A stretch of 64,000 nucleotides of DNA from a bacterium (GCA_963681965.1 OY820579.1:3648001-3712000); one strand, 5' to 3'; positions 50,101 to 58,829 are shown, numbered from the stretch's first letter. Made by a program: numbers and translations. Notes: generated from the letters alone by a model not told the origin.

Positions 50101-50276
50101 CAGATTTGCAGTGCGGTTCCGGCACGCTCGGCAGCGTTTTTCCAATCCTTTTGCGCGAATGCATCCAGCGCTTGTTGGTGAAGCGTTGTGAGATCGGCGG
50201 CAAATAATTGAATGGAACTGCAAATCAAGATGATAAGAAAAACTATCGGAAGAGATCGACGGTACACACAAGACAT
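47112..50276 (-). CDS. Large secreted protein with PQQ-like beta-propeller segments and a PDZ domain
   Basis: Signal peptide, propeller motifs (LIAYDLKSQTVMWR; IDARDG; IDLATG...LWK), and a PDZ segment VSVNPGGQAEQAGIKKDDIVIGLG. Start at ATG 50276 with GGAGG SD. Confidence 0.7.
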   Translation of the reverse strand: MSCVYRRSLPIVFLIILICSSIQLFAADLTTLHQQALDAFAQKDWKNAAERAGTALQIWDSTRFGEWSFYDPDRSINEAEFLGDFTVVKKQFRTNSLRSSIEILETKSGKSIKTIKTSDYRSMYNQYLTGHDYRIVYSRLWLKDMKDWRLIILRSDRISFPLDLSFDCKFLQVLDISGDMMYALKVGEKASTIFSINTISGELKDLTELRHVTLEAENYNYYSGPWMRNFRYLNDKNCAFIIDSSRYLRLNYTTNQVADRGELPPRLTLDGIWHAPNYYFLRNDIDSLLRCDFSQVPHSITTFDISTGSKSSELLNTVLYDNDTKLARIIGDSLYLNDLNRSGTSKPIKFSVAGRNLHANGKYLINSGDQGLRVFDGNRPVYDVTGALVHVAIGNKKNAGVDHLVSEADKSNSTMLYYYRSPGELIAYDLKSQTVMWRKPYRTLESEGRLYQYDDRYLWLHGASIGTQYLIDARDGSTLYMTNNHWGMEPAEISSNGKWFFAMDNWEVPLFEMQRLSSDRKLLRELAAVAIVAQQHLGTDNKASQYLPIAMQPGEFPTTSLRTSLFEYLQSKKLVTDANRIAWESYLATGENSWKSTLQKHGLSVVTEPFMEESHTISVQNKTALVWNDWGREDYIARDRLMKRNTVRLDDGQLQVDNLPMLTSYSLNSQAGPIYFTYSKTAGKNDVVWTPNLFSNDGSVKTLQPIKTTYLDPSVRLSDSRIHWWIPSGTAPNKDGYLLGEFLEWGMKPETDRQYTFGINIDGVRPGWCDTTSDKPVKSGEHFYVHTVYGRKVVSVNPGGQAEQAGIKKDDIVIGLGSYHIGNNSDINDIKKCYQSGEKLDLKYLRGKDTLITKVKNGMIGFNSNICKGLSEIDPRTGKQLANWILPDGFHYACCNTEGTLIYQKENQLYFFDPARNIARTTKISGLDEFYMGSTKSRLKTFWLPLQTNKIALHGENENLIGIDLATGTNDVDRILWKKDLSNLHDAAFTDDPLNVPIIMKNGELQLLNQASGEIVFHELLPFGSIADPVVRDGVLYGNVEGRLVGWKIGYYKK

Positions 50277-50508
50277 AGGAACCTCCGTTGAGAGCAGCAT
50301 TAGTGTAAATCCGGATCGAAAAAGCGGTTTGCTTCGAATCGCTCAGCTTTTAAATGTGTTACTGAACCATTCGATAATCTGACACGTAAATAAGTGGCGA
50401 GAGCGGTTAATCAGTAACCGCAATATTTATTTTATCAATTTACATTCGACATATTTGAACTGTCAAGCGAACTGCGCATTTTATGCAATAAAATCATGAT
50501 TGATAAAT

Positions 50509-50600
50509 GTAAGTTGTTATCGGTAGTCGGAGCGGACCCTCGCGTCCGCAGGTCAGGCAAAGCCTGACACCGATTCATGACAACTTACTTTCAAGAACCA
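50509..50600. repeat. MITE/REP-like element (second copy of the 28530 family)
   Basis: GTAAGTTGTTAT...ATGACAACTTAC inverted ends with internal hairpins, followed by AAGAACCA as in the 28530 copy. Confidence 0.75.
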
Positions 50601-50708
50601 TTATATAATTTATCGAAGGGATCAATATTAATCAACGCTGAAGAGGGTTATTTCTAGATTGAGTCGAGGTATTGAGTGGGAATTTTGGATACTGTGATGG
50701 GTGCATTT

Positions 50709-51011
50709 TCACCAGTAACTTGTCCACAATTCCACTTCACCGTATAAAATGGTCGCACCACAGGCAGCGCGCCACGGTTGTTTGAGATCGATCTCCCACT
50801 CCATGCGATGTGCCAGTTTCAATTCCCGTTCCGAAGGTGGCGAGAGGTTTTCCGCGCCCTGGAGAATCTTCACTTTGCAGCGATTGCACACCAATTCACC
50901 TAAACAGGAACTCGCGATCGGTACCTCGGCGGTACGCAATGCATCATAGAGCCGCGTACCTGCCGGAACGTCCCATTCTTTGCGCAATCGCGGTATCCGA
51001 ATCGTCGGCAT
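50709..51011 (-). CDS. 2Fe-2S ferredoxin
   Basis: C-x4-C-x2-C (CLGELVCNRC) plus a distal RAAC. Confidence 0.88.
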   Translation of the reverse strand: MPTIRIPRLRKEWDVPAGTRLYDALRTAEVPIASSCLGELVCNRCKVKILQGAENLSPPSERELKLAHRMEWEIDLKQPWRAACGATILYGEVELWTSYW

Positions 51012-51027
51012 CGATTAATAGATTAAG

Positions 51028-51621
51028 CTACTTTACTGGAACCGCATCGAACAACTGTTGCGAATGCTCATTCACTTTCACATCGCGAGTGATATGCAAC
51101 AGCTTGCCATCAGGACCGATTACATATGTGTATCGCAACGTCCCCTCGTACTCCCGACCCATCAACTTTTTCTTACCGAATGCGCCGTACGCTTTCTGCA
51201 CTGTGCGATCGGGATCGGATAGCAATGGAAACGGCAGCGAAAAATCGGTGGTAAATTTCTGGTGGCTCTTCAACGAATCGGCACTGATGCCGAACACCAA
51301 CCAACCCCGTTTCAAAAACTCCGACCAATTGTCGCGAATATTGCATGCCTCTTTGGTGCATCCCGGCGTGTTGTCTTTCGGGTAAAAATAGAGCACAACC
51401 GTCTTTCCGAGCTGTGCCGATAACTTGACGGTACTTCCATCGGTCGCAGATAAATCGAAATCCGGTGCCGGATCTCCGACTTTTAACATGATTCCTCCTT
51501 CAACTTGTGTTTCTCCCTCCGCGATCGCGGGTTCGGCGCGTGCAACGGCATAGATCATCAGTCCAGCAAGGGTGATGATCAACAGAATGGTCGTAAAGCG
51601 GAGTTCTTTCAGCAGTTTCAC
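51028..51621 (-). CDS. bcp: Peroxiredoxin Bcp/PrxQ with N-terminal signal-like extension
   Basis: YFYPKDNTPGCTKEAC, GISAD and FPLLSDP motifs. Alternative in-frame start at 51489. Confidence 0.92.
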   Translation of the reverse strand: MKLLKELRFTTILLIITLAGLMIYAVARAEPAIAEGETQVEGGIMLKVGDPAPDFDLSATDGSTVKLSAQLGKTVVLYFYPKDNTPGCTKEACNIRDNWSEFLKRGWLVFGISADSLKSHQKFTTDFSLPFPLLSDPDRTVQKAYGAFGKKKLMGREYEGTLRYTYVIGPDGKLLHITRDVKVNEHSQQLFDAVPVK

Positions 51622-51716
51622 CGGTTTTTCCTCCCTTGCGTTAAAAACCTTGAAGCTGTTTGCTTTTCATAGTATGTTATACGGTTTCCGATTTACCCGG
51701 TAGAGTGTGCAATTCC

Positions 51717-52886
51717 ATGGCAAGACGAATCCTGATTGTAAGTGAATATTGGGCACCCGATCCCGGGGGCATGGCGACCTATGCCAGTGAATTGGTGCCA
51801 CGACTCGGGAAATTGGGTTTCGAAATCCGAATCCTCGTCCCTTTTGTACCTAATGTTCAACGCTTACCGATGAATTCACCGAATGTGACCGGGATTCTCT
51901 TTCCATCACCACCGATCCATTTTTTCGGACGCTTTACGATCTTTCCAGCACTTTTACGCTATGGAAATTTGCGTCAGATCGATGCTATCGTCGATATCTC
52001 AGTCGCGCCGTATGGCGGGGTGAATGCGTTCGTCGCAAAAATGCTGGGTATCCCATATCTCATCGGTGCGCATGGTAACGAAGTCTCGCGCCTCTATCCT
52101 GAAATAGGATTACCCAAGACTTTTCGCGCATTTTGCAATTACGCCTATCGCAATGCGACCGCGATTCTACCGAATAGCCAATTCACCGCTTCGCTCTTCG
52201 CGCCGCTCGGGATTGATTCGAATAAATTGCATGTGGCGACCCTTGGCGCCGATACCAACTTTTATACACCGGGAACTCCGACATCCGACGAATTGACGCA
52301 AGTCGGTGGCGCACAACCATTTCCGCGGTTGCTTTGTGCCGGTCAGTTGAAGGAGATGAAGGGTCAGAAATTCCTGATTCAAGCACTCTCGTTGATCGCC
52401 CGGGACTTCCCGGAAGTATCGCTCGATCTTGCCGGCAGCGGCGTATTGGAACAGGATTACCGTAATCTGGCACGTGAGTTGGGATTAACAGATAAAGTCC
52501 GGTTTCATGGCAATGTCGATTATCACAAGTTGCGAACGCTTTACCGCAGTGCGGCGGCGTATGTGATGCCGACGCAGCGCGACACGGAGCATGTCGAAGG
52601 GTTTGGACTGGTGGCGGCGGAAGCGCTCGCGTGCGGCTGTCCGGTGGCTGCGACGAATTATGGCGGTCAAACCGAATTTGTGATTGATGGCAAGACAGGG
52701 ATTTTGTTCGATTCATCCAGTCCGCAGGATATTGCCGACAAGGTCTGCGCGCTCTTGCGGAATCAAACGCTCTGTGCCAAAATCGCTGTCGAAGCACCAC
52801 AATTCATTGCCGCGCATTACACGTGGGACAAAACCGCTGAACGCTGGGCGGAAATTATCGAGCAGTGTATTTCAAATAAACGGTAG
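51717..52886 (+). CDS. Glycosyltransferase family 4
   Basis: PDPGGMA, AHGNE, KG and EGFGLVAAEALACG.PV motifs. Confidence 0.92.
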   Translation: MARRILIVSEYWAPDPGGMATYASELVPRLGKLGFEIRILVPFVPNVQRLPMNSPNVTGILFPSPPIHFFGRFTIFPALLRYGNLRQIDAIVDISVAPYGGVNAFVAKMLGIPYLIGAHGNEVSRLYPEIGLPKTFRAFCNYAYRNATAILPNSQFTASLFAPLGIDSNKLHVATLGADTNFYTPGTPTSDELTQVGGAQPFPRLLCAGQLKEMKGQKFLIQALSLIARDFPEVSLDLAGSGVLEQDYRNLARELGLTDKVRFHGNVDYHKLRTLYRSAAAYVMPTQRDTEHVEGFGLVAAEALACGCPVAATNYGGQTEFVIDGKTGILFDSSSPQDIADKVCALLRNQTLCAKIAVEAPQFIAAHYTWDKTAERWAEIIEQCISNKR

Positions 52887-52930
52887 GAGTTTCATAGCGG
52901 TATCGTTTTCCGATTATGCGGTTTTACTTT

Positions 52931-53222
52931 TCCCACCACCTACCACCCAATACCCAATACCGATTTTGCTGGTGACGCGCGCCTCCGCGCCTGCGAGCAT
53001 CTTCTTTTCTGTAGGTCGGAATTTATTCCGACTCTTTCATTTTTTTAGTAGGGGCGGGTCTCTGCGCCCGCCCGTTCTGGTATCTTTTTTTCATTTGTAG
53101 CCGCAGGCTTTAGACTCCGTTATTCTTTTGTCTTGATCTTTTCTAGATCGAACAATCTTCTCGTACCGATACCCGGCGTCTGGCGCAAGCCATTACCTTC
53201 GTCGAGTAATTCGTAGGTCACC
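52931..53222. repeat. REP-like hairpin cluster 4
   Basis: CCCACCACCTACCACCCAA, GTAGGTCGGAATTTATTCCGAC, GTAGGGGCGGGTCTCTGCGCCCGCCC and GTAGCCGCAGGCTTTAGACTCCG, lying between convergent genes. Confidence 0.85.
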
Positions 53223-53241
53223 ACAACAATGAATAATGTCA

Positions 53242-55431
53242 CTACTTTAACAAGATGATCTTCTGTGTTTGAACGGACATACCTGCCTGCAACCGCACGA
53301 AATAGGTTCCCGATGCCAGACCCGAGCCATCGAAAGTCGTACGGTAACTCCCGGCACGCTGATGCCCACTGAACAACGATTGTACCAATCGACCTTGTAA
53401 ATCGAAGATCTTCAGATCGATCGTTTCCGCCTTCGGCAATTCATACGAAATTGTGGTGGTCGCGTTGAAGGGATTCGGATAACTCGAGTGCAACACAAAT
53501 TGAGTGGGCAGCGTCTGCGATGGTGTCTCTTCCACGTAGACTTCGCCACCATTGCTGGTATGGAGAATGGTACCGCTAGCTCCCACGATCCAACCGTTGT
53601 TCGCGTCGATGAAAGCGACATCGGATAGATCGTTGCTTGTTCCACTACTCTGTCGATTCCAGATATCACCTCCATTCGTGGTGTGAAAGATTGTACCTCT
53701 GGTTCCTATAACCCATCCATTATTGCAGTCGATAAATTTGATTTTTTTTAGATGATTTGTAGTTTCTGTGTTCTGAATTGCCCAATTTTCACCACCGTTA
53801 GTGGAATGGAGAACTCGATTATCCTCTGCTACCCAGACATTGCTAGAATCAATGCAAGTGATCGAACTGTAACTTAATTCTCCAGATCCACTATATTGCG
53901 TATACCAAATTGATCCTCCATTATTAGTGTGCCAAATTGAATGGTTTATCGGTGGGTTTCGAAAATCACCATCATTTGAGATAACCCAGCCATGATGTGA
54001 ATCTGAAAATGTTACATGGACTATGCCGCCAGAACCGGAACTCCATTGCACTGTCCAAGAGATTCCACCATTTGAAGTCATGTATATTTTTCTTATTGAC
54101 CCCAGATAACTTCCGTGAGGACCCATTATCGGTTCAGAACCAACAGCCCAACCACAAAGGACGTTCACAAAATAAATTTCGTTTACGTATCCGAATAAAT
54201 TTGGTATGTTCCAAGTTATTCCACCGTCGGTGGTATTCGTAAGTGCCGCTGATTGTAGTGCTACTCCATGGATCGAATCGATGAATTGCATATTGTACAA
54301 TCCATTTACACCAGGTTGGAGTACCCAGTTCATTCCGGCGTTGGAGGTGCGAACTAATCCACTATCGGAACAGATCAGTAAGTTATTACGATTGAATGCT
54401 ACAATATTCCTAAGAGTTAGATTGATACCTCGGTTACCGTGAATAATATTCCAATCTATACCACCATTGATTGTACGCAAGATTGTTCCTGCATTCCCGA
54501 CAATCCACCCTTGATTGGCATTGATAAATGACATACTGTAAAATGAGCTATTGCTTGATTGGGTCTGAATGTTCCAAATCGATCCGCCATCGGTAGTATG
54601 GTAAATAGTACTACCCGAATACAATGCCCAGCCATTGTTGAGATCGGTAAATATTATTTTTTTGGGAATAAGTGACAGACCGCAAGTTTGTTCTTGCCAT
54701 GTAACGCCACGATCCGTTGTGTGTCGAATACTCATCGGTTGAGAAGAAAAAGTCCAAGCACTTGATGAATCACAAATTCCGATTTCTAGAATAAATTGTG
54801 TGGTATCAATAGAAGTCCAATTAACACCACCGTCAGTTGAACGAATAAGGATGTTGCAACGATTATTCGTACCAATAGCCAAACCAATATCTGTATTGAA
54901 AAAAATCAAACCTCTTGTTGCATGCATCGAAAATGTTGAATTTGTCCAATTAATTCCCCCGTTCGTTGTTCTTAAAATCGAATTGTCTTCAAAATTTGAG
55001 TAGAAGTACGCCCATCCATGAAGCGAATCGGAAAATGTTATACCTGTGAAATCGTGTATCGTATTGCAGGATTGCCGTACCCATGATACACCACCATTGG
55101 AAGTATGCAGGATTGTCCCGGAATTACCTACTATCCAGCAATTATTTGTGTCGGTACAATAGATTTGTTCACCGTGAGAGTACATATTCATTAAATCAAA
55201 TAGATTTTCAGAATTTTGTTGAATCCAGTTCATTCCACGATCAGAAGTATGATAGATCATCGAACCACTGATTGCCCACCCTACCGAATCATTCACGAAT
55301 TTTACATCGGTGAATGAGTTCCCATTAGGGTACGGATTCTGCCATTCCCACCCCTGCGCATTGACACAGTGTGGTAGGAACGTAACCAACAGAATAGATA
55401 GTATGAGGTAAAACGATTTGCTGGACTTCAT
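53242..55431 (-). CDS. YCF48/BNR (Asp-box) repeat protein with C-terminal sorting domain
   Basis: Signal peptide, WEWQNPYP, more than 12 T.(D/N)GG..W repeats with GW.VG..GTI, and an [13 protein letters not shown]. Start at ATG 55431 with AAGGAG SD. Confidence 0.9.
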   Translation of the reverse strand: MKSSKSFYLILSILLVTFLPHCVNAQGWEWQNPYPNGNSFTDVKFVNDSVGWAISGSMIYHTSDRGMNWIQQNSENLFDLMNMYSHGEQIYCTDTNNCWIVGNSGTILHTSNGGVSWVRQSCNTIHDFTGITFSDSLHGWAYFYSNFEDNSILRTTNGGINWTNSTFSMHATRGLIFFNTDIGLAIGTNNRCNILIRSTDGGVNWTSIDTTQFILEIGICDSSSAWTFSSQPMSIRHTTDRGVTWQEQTCGLSLIPKKIIFTDLNNGWALYSGSTIYHTTDGGSIWNIQTQSSNSSFYSMSFINANQGWIVGNAGTILRTINGGIDWNIIHGNRGINLTLRNIVAFNRNNLLICSDSGLVRTSNAGMNWVLQPGVNGLYNMQFIDSIHGVALQSAALTNTTDGGITWNIPNLFGYVNEIYFVNVLCGWAVGSEPIMGPHGSYLGSIRKIYMTSNGGISWTVQWSSGSGGIVHVTFSDSHHGWVISNDGDFRNPPINHSIWHTNNGGSIWYTQYSGSGELSYSSITCIDSSNVWVAEDNRVLHSTNGGENWAIQNTETTNHLKKIKFIDCNNGWVIGTRGTIFHTTNGGDIWNRQSSGTSNDLSDVAFIDANNGWIVGASGTILHTSNGGEVYVEETPSQTLPTQFVLHSSYPNPFNATTTISYELPKAETIDLKIFDLQGRLVQSLFSGHQRAGSYRTTFDGSGLASGTYFVRLQAGMSVQTQKIILLK

Positions 55432-55697
55432 GACGATCTCCTTCACAGTAGGTTGATCCAACAGATCTTAGGAAAACAGCAGAAGATTTGGGAAGCTGAT
55501 CAGTGGTAAAATACTCAGGATAATTGATATTCTCAACCACTTTTCGAAAAAATCGAAAATATTTGCAATTGAAGATGAGTAATACTGCCGATATCCGAAT
55601 CAGCGATTTTTCTTAATCCATCCTCTACCTCGCAACACCCATTTAGTAAGTGGCGCATGCCTCCGAGCCTGCGCCACAAGAGATCAATTCGCGACGA

Positions 55698-56087
55698 TTA
55701 ATGCCATTCCTGTTCTTTAAGCCACGCTTTTACGGTACTGTGAATTTCACGATGCACCTTGCGAGCTAGCTCGTTGCCGCCATCTTCCACCATCGGATCG
55801 ATGCCGTCGCGCATCCGGTACAATTCGGCAATCGCTTTCTCGATCCCGCGCGAAAACCCGCCATTCAACACATACTTCTCATGAAAGAGGAAGAGTGCTT
55901 GATCGCGATTCGGCGGCAGCAGCTTGTTACAAAGAAAAACCGCCTCGATCGCTTTCTCGATCGCTGCCGCAGCAAGTAAACACCGTGCCTCGGCGGGCAA
56001 ATCGGCGAGAGAAGCAGCTTCCAGATAAATCCTACTCAATTTATCGCTATTTTGGGCAGTTAGTCCGATACTCATTACTCGCTCCAT
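55698..56087 (-). CDS. Divergent HEPN-domain protein (no adjacent nucleotidyltransferase)
   Basis: All-helical, about 125 aa. LFHEKYVLNGGF...IAELYRMRDGID resembles the F...(F/Y)V..G.F...L...R...D segment of HEPN proteins. Confidence 0.55.
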   Translation of the reverse strand: MERVMSIGLTAQNSDKLSRIYLEAASLADLPAEARCLLAAAAIEKAIEAVFLCNKLLPPNRDQALFLFHEKYVLNGGFSRGIEKAIAELYRMRDGIDPMVEDGGNELARKVHREIHSTVKAWLKEQEWH

Positions 56088-56335
56088 TTATAACCAATTA
56101 TAAAACCTAATATAAAGTACGTAACAAATCGGTTTTTGTAAGCCGAAACGCGAAAAAAACGACAGATTTTTGTACAATAGTGCTGAATTTCTCTATATTG
56201 AACCGCTAATTATCACAAATACTCGCGCAACCGATTTCGATCCCAATCCGAATTTCAATGCGCAATATCGCAGTTACGCGAGCACCAATCGATTACTTTC
56301 CGGTTCCGATCGAAGAACCACATCAAAGAGGCTGT

Positions 56336-57802
56336 ATGGCTACCTACGTACTTTCACCCGAACAAACCCGGGCATTAGCGAAGCATCCCGATCGCTTCAA
56401 GAAGCTTCTGAAAGCGGCGGAGAACAATCAAATCCGGCTCTGGACCAGTGCTGCCGCAATTTTGGAAGCCGCACGCCGCGGTGTCGACGTTGCGAATCTA
56501 CCGTCGATCGTCGGCATCGATCCGATTACCAAACCGGAATGGACCGGCGACGATGTCATCTGGAGTGCCGTACTGGTTGCGGCAAAACGCGTTAAAGCCG
56601 AAGCGATTATCGTCAAAGATATCGTCAAGGATCCCGTACCCGGCAATGTCTTTCCGGCAATCACGCTGAAAGAGGCACTCGAAATCAAACCGGTCGATGC
56701 TGTCCCGATGCTGGATTTCAAAGCGCCGTTACCGGAAGTGTATGCTCCAATCATGCATTCGCTCAATGAAACGTTTGCCAACACTGCGTATGTCTGCGGT
56801 GCTAAAGTCAAATTGTTCGAACAAGCATTCGCAAAAGCGTGTGGCGCGAAATACTGTTTCGGTGTATCGTCCGGAACCGATTCGCTGCATCTGGCACTGA
56901 TGGTGTTGGGCATCCAACCCGGTGACGAAGTGATCACTACGCCATTCACATTTTTCGCCACCGTCGAAGCGATCGAGATGTGCAATGCGAAAACCGTCTT
57001 CGTCGATATCGATCCCAAGACCTTCACCCTTGACCCGAAGAAATTGCGCAAAGCAATCACTCCGAAGACCAAAGCGATCATCCCGATTCACCTCTACGGT
57101 CAATCCTGCGATATGGCTGCGATCATGAAAATCGCCGATGAATTCAAAATTCCGGTGATTGAAGATTGCGCTCAGGCGCATCTAGCCGCCGAAGGCGAAC
57201 GCGTCGTCGGTAGCATCGGTACACTCGGTTGTTTCTCGTTCTATCCGACCAAGAATCTGGGTGCATGGGGCGAAGGTGGCGCCGTTACGACGAACGATCC
57301 GGATATCGCCAATCGGATCGAATGGATTCGCAATCACGGTCAACGCGAAAAATATAAACATGACATCGTGGGTCATAATTACCGGATGGAAGAGATACAA
57401 GGTGCGGTTTTGGGCGAGAAAGTCAAGCATCTGGAGCACTGGACACAGCTCCGCGAAACCGCAGCGAAGCGCTATACCAAGGGCTTGAAGGGAATCGGCG
57501 ATATCAAAACCCCGTTCATCAAACCCGGCAACCGGCATGTCTGGCACCTCTACACGATCCGTACTTCGCGCCGCGACGAATTGGATAAATACTTGACCGA
57601 CAATAAGATTGGTCATGCAATTCATTACCCGATTCCACTCCATCTGCAACCAGCATGGCGCGATAAAGGGTATGCCGATGGCGATTTCCCCGAGAGTGAA
57701 AAAGCCGGCAAGGAAGTGATCTCGCTCCCGATGTTTGCCGAGATCTCCCCGGAGCAGCAGGCTCGGACGATCGAAGTGATTCGTCAGTTCTACGAAAAAT
57801 AA
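56336..57802 (+). CDS. DegT/DnrJ/EryC1/StrS sugar aminotransferase with about 120-aa N-terminal PIN-like extension
   Basis: SSGTDSL, GDEVITTPFTFFAT, IHLYGQ, IEDCAQAH, SFYPTKNLGAWGEGG (PLP Lys) and HYPIPLH motifs. Start likely ATG 56336. Confidence 0.92.
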   Translation: MATYVLSPEQTRALAKHPDRFKKLLKAAENNQIRLWTSAAAILEAARRGVDVANLPSIVGIDPITKPEWTGDDVIWSAVLVAAKRVKAEAIIVKDIVKDPVPGNVFPAITLKEALEIKPVDAVPMLDFKAPLPEVYAPIMHSLNETFANTAYVCGAKVKLFEQAFAKACGAKYCFGVSSGTDSLHLALMVLGIQPGDEVITTPFTFFATVEAIEMCNAKTVFVDIDPKTFTLDPKKLRKAITPKTKAIIPIHLYGQSCDMAAIMKIADEFKIPVIEDCAQAHLAAEGERVVGSIGTLGCFSFYPTKNLGAWGEGGAVTTNDPDIANRIEWIRNHGQREKYKHDIVGHNYRMEEIQGAVLGEKVKHLEHWTQLRETAAKRYTKGLKGIGDIKTPFIKPGNRHVWHLYTIRTSRRDELDKYLTDNKIGHAIHYPIPLHLQPAWRDKGYADGDFPESEKAGKEVISLPMFAEISPEQQARTIEVIRQFYEK

Positions 57803-57856
57803 TCGTCTCAATCTATTGCGATTCTTGAGATTGTATTGTTCGCTATTTTTTTCATC

Positions 57857-57888
57857 AACCCCTCCGTATCATTACGGAGGGGTTTTTG
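57857..57888 (+). terminator. Intrinsic terminator after the aminotransferase gene
   Basis: AACCCCTCCGTA-TCAT-TACGGAGGGGTT followed by TTTG. Confidence 0.85.
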
Positions 57889-57996
57889 AATCTATTATTC
57901 ACAGTATGAAGTATAAATTCGAGTTTTGACTAGATTTTACCTACAGTCGATATTATATTCCGCTACCAACTTAGTCCATTGATCGAGGAGTGGAGA

Positions 57997-58521
57997 ATGA
58001 AAAAACAAGTCGAGCTGAAACCGGCACCCGCTGCCTCCGTTTCGCTTCAACAATTAATTCGCGGTTTATCGAGCTGCTGTATCGATCAGGATACCCAGCT
58101 AGCGGAAATGACATCGCTGTCGCGGATGGAAGCCAGATTACTGAATATGATCGGAACCAACAACGGAATGTTACCGAGCAACGCCGCCAGTGAATTGGAT
58201 CTGGTTCGTTCCCGGATCACCCGGCTGGTGGATGGATTGGTCGCAAAAGGATTGGTCAGTTGCAATGCGACCCAGACCGATGGACGGTGCCGCTTTCTGC
58301 AATTAACTGCCCGCGGTAAACGTACGTTGGAAAAAGTTCAACGCAACGAATCCGAATTTCATCACGCATTGATGAAAGCGATTCCGACCGATCTCCGCGG
58401 TAAAATCGTAACAGATTTATCGTTACTACTGAATGCTCTTCACACCGTGAAAGCACAAAAGAGTGGCAAATCGCTAGAGAAGAAGAAAATCAAACGAAGA
58501 GTAACTAATGCCGATGTATGA
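57997..58521 (+). CDS. MarR-family transcriptional regulator (Cys-containing)
   Basis: wHTH ASELDLVRSRITRLVDGLVAKGLV...DGR...LQLTARG. GGAGA SD before ATG 57997. Confidence 0.9.
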   Translation: MKKQVELKPAPAASVSLQQLIRGLSSCCIDQDTQLAEMTSLSRMEARLLNMIGTNNGMLPSNAASELDLVRSRITRLVDGLVAKGLVSCNATQTDGRCRFLQLTARGKRTLEKVQRNESEFHHALMKAIPTDLRGKIVTDLSLLLNALHTVKAQKSGKSLEKKKIKRRVTNADV

Positions 58522-58714
58522 TTATTTTTGCCGGGATTGTCAAACCGAATTCATCGCAATCGTTCCATTGTCTCGGAGAGACGAACCCCAGGTTTGTCCT
58601 CAGTGTCAAAGCAATGATTCGGAACGAATCGTAAGTTTACCGGCTTCAGCCCAATCAGGTGTCTCCGGATACTCCAGCAATTCCGGATGTGGCGGCGGCG
58701 GTCGCTTCACTTGA
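58508..58714 (+). CDS. FmdB-family zinc-ribbon protein (possibly extends to 58720 through Sec)
   Basis: MPMYDYFCRDC..F...CPQCQS pattern with a Gly/Ser-rich tail containing a Cys. Confidence 0.88.
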   Translation: MPMYDYFCRDCQTEFIAIVPLSRRDEPQVCPQCQSNDSERIVSLPASAQSGVSGYSSNSGCGGGGRFT

Positions 58715-58789
58715 GGCTAACAAAACGGTAAGGATTACCGTATTACTATAAAATCTGAAAGACCGACCGGGGGGATCGGTTGGTCGTAA

Positions 58790-58829
58790 CGCGAAACGGA
58801 CAGCTCAAACTGTCCGTTTCGTGCGTTTT
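58790..58829 (+). terminator. Probable intrinsic terminator of the marR-zinc ribbon operon
   Basis: CGCGAAACGGACAG-CTCAAA-CTGTCCGTTTCGTG followed by CGTTTT. Confidence 0.65.

Noticed and set aside
56428-57811. Long antisense ORFs opposite the aminotransferase (similarly 8899-9564, 15796-16473, 33786-34457 and 62462-63175)
   Set aside because: These are shadow frames of well-supported genes on the other strand.
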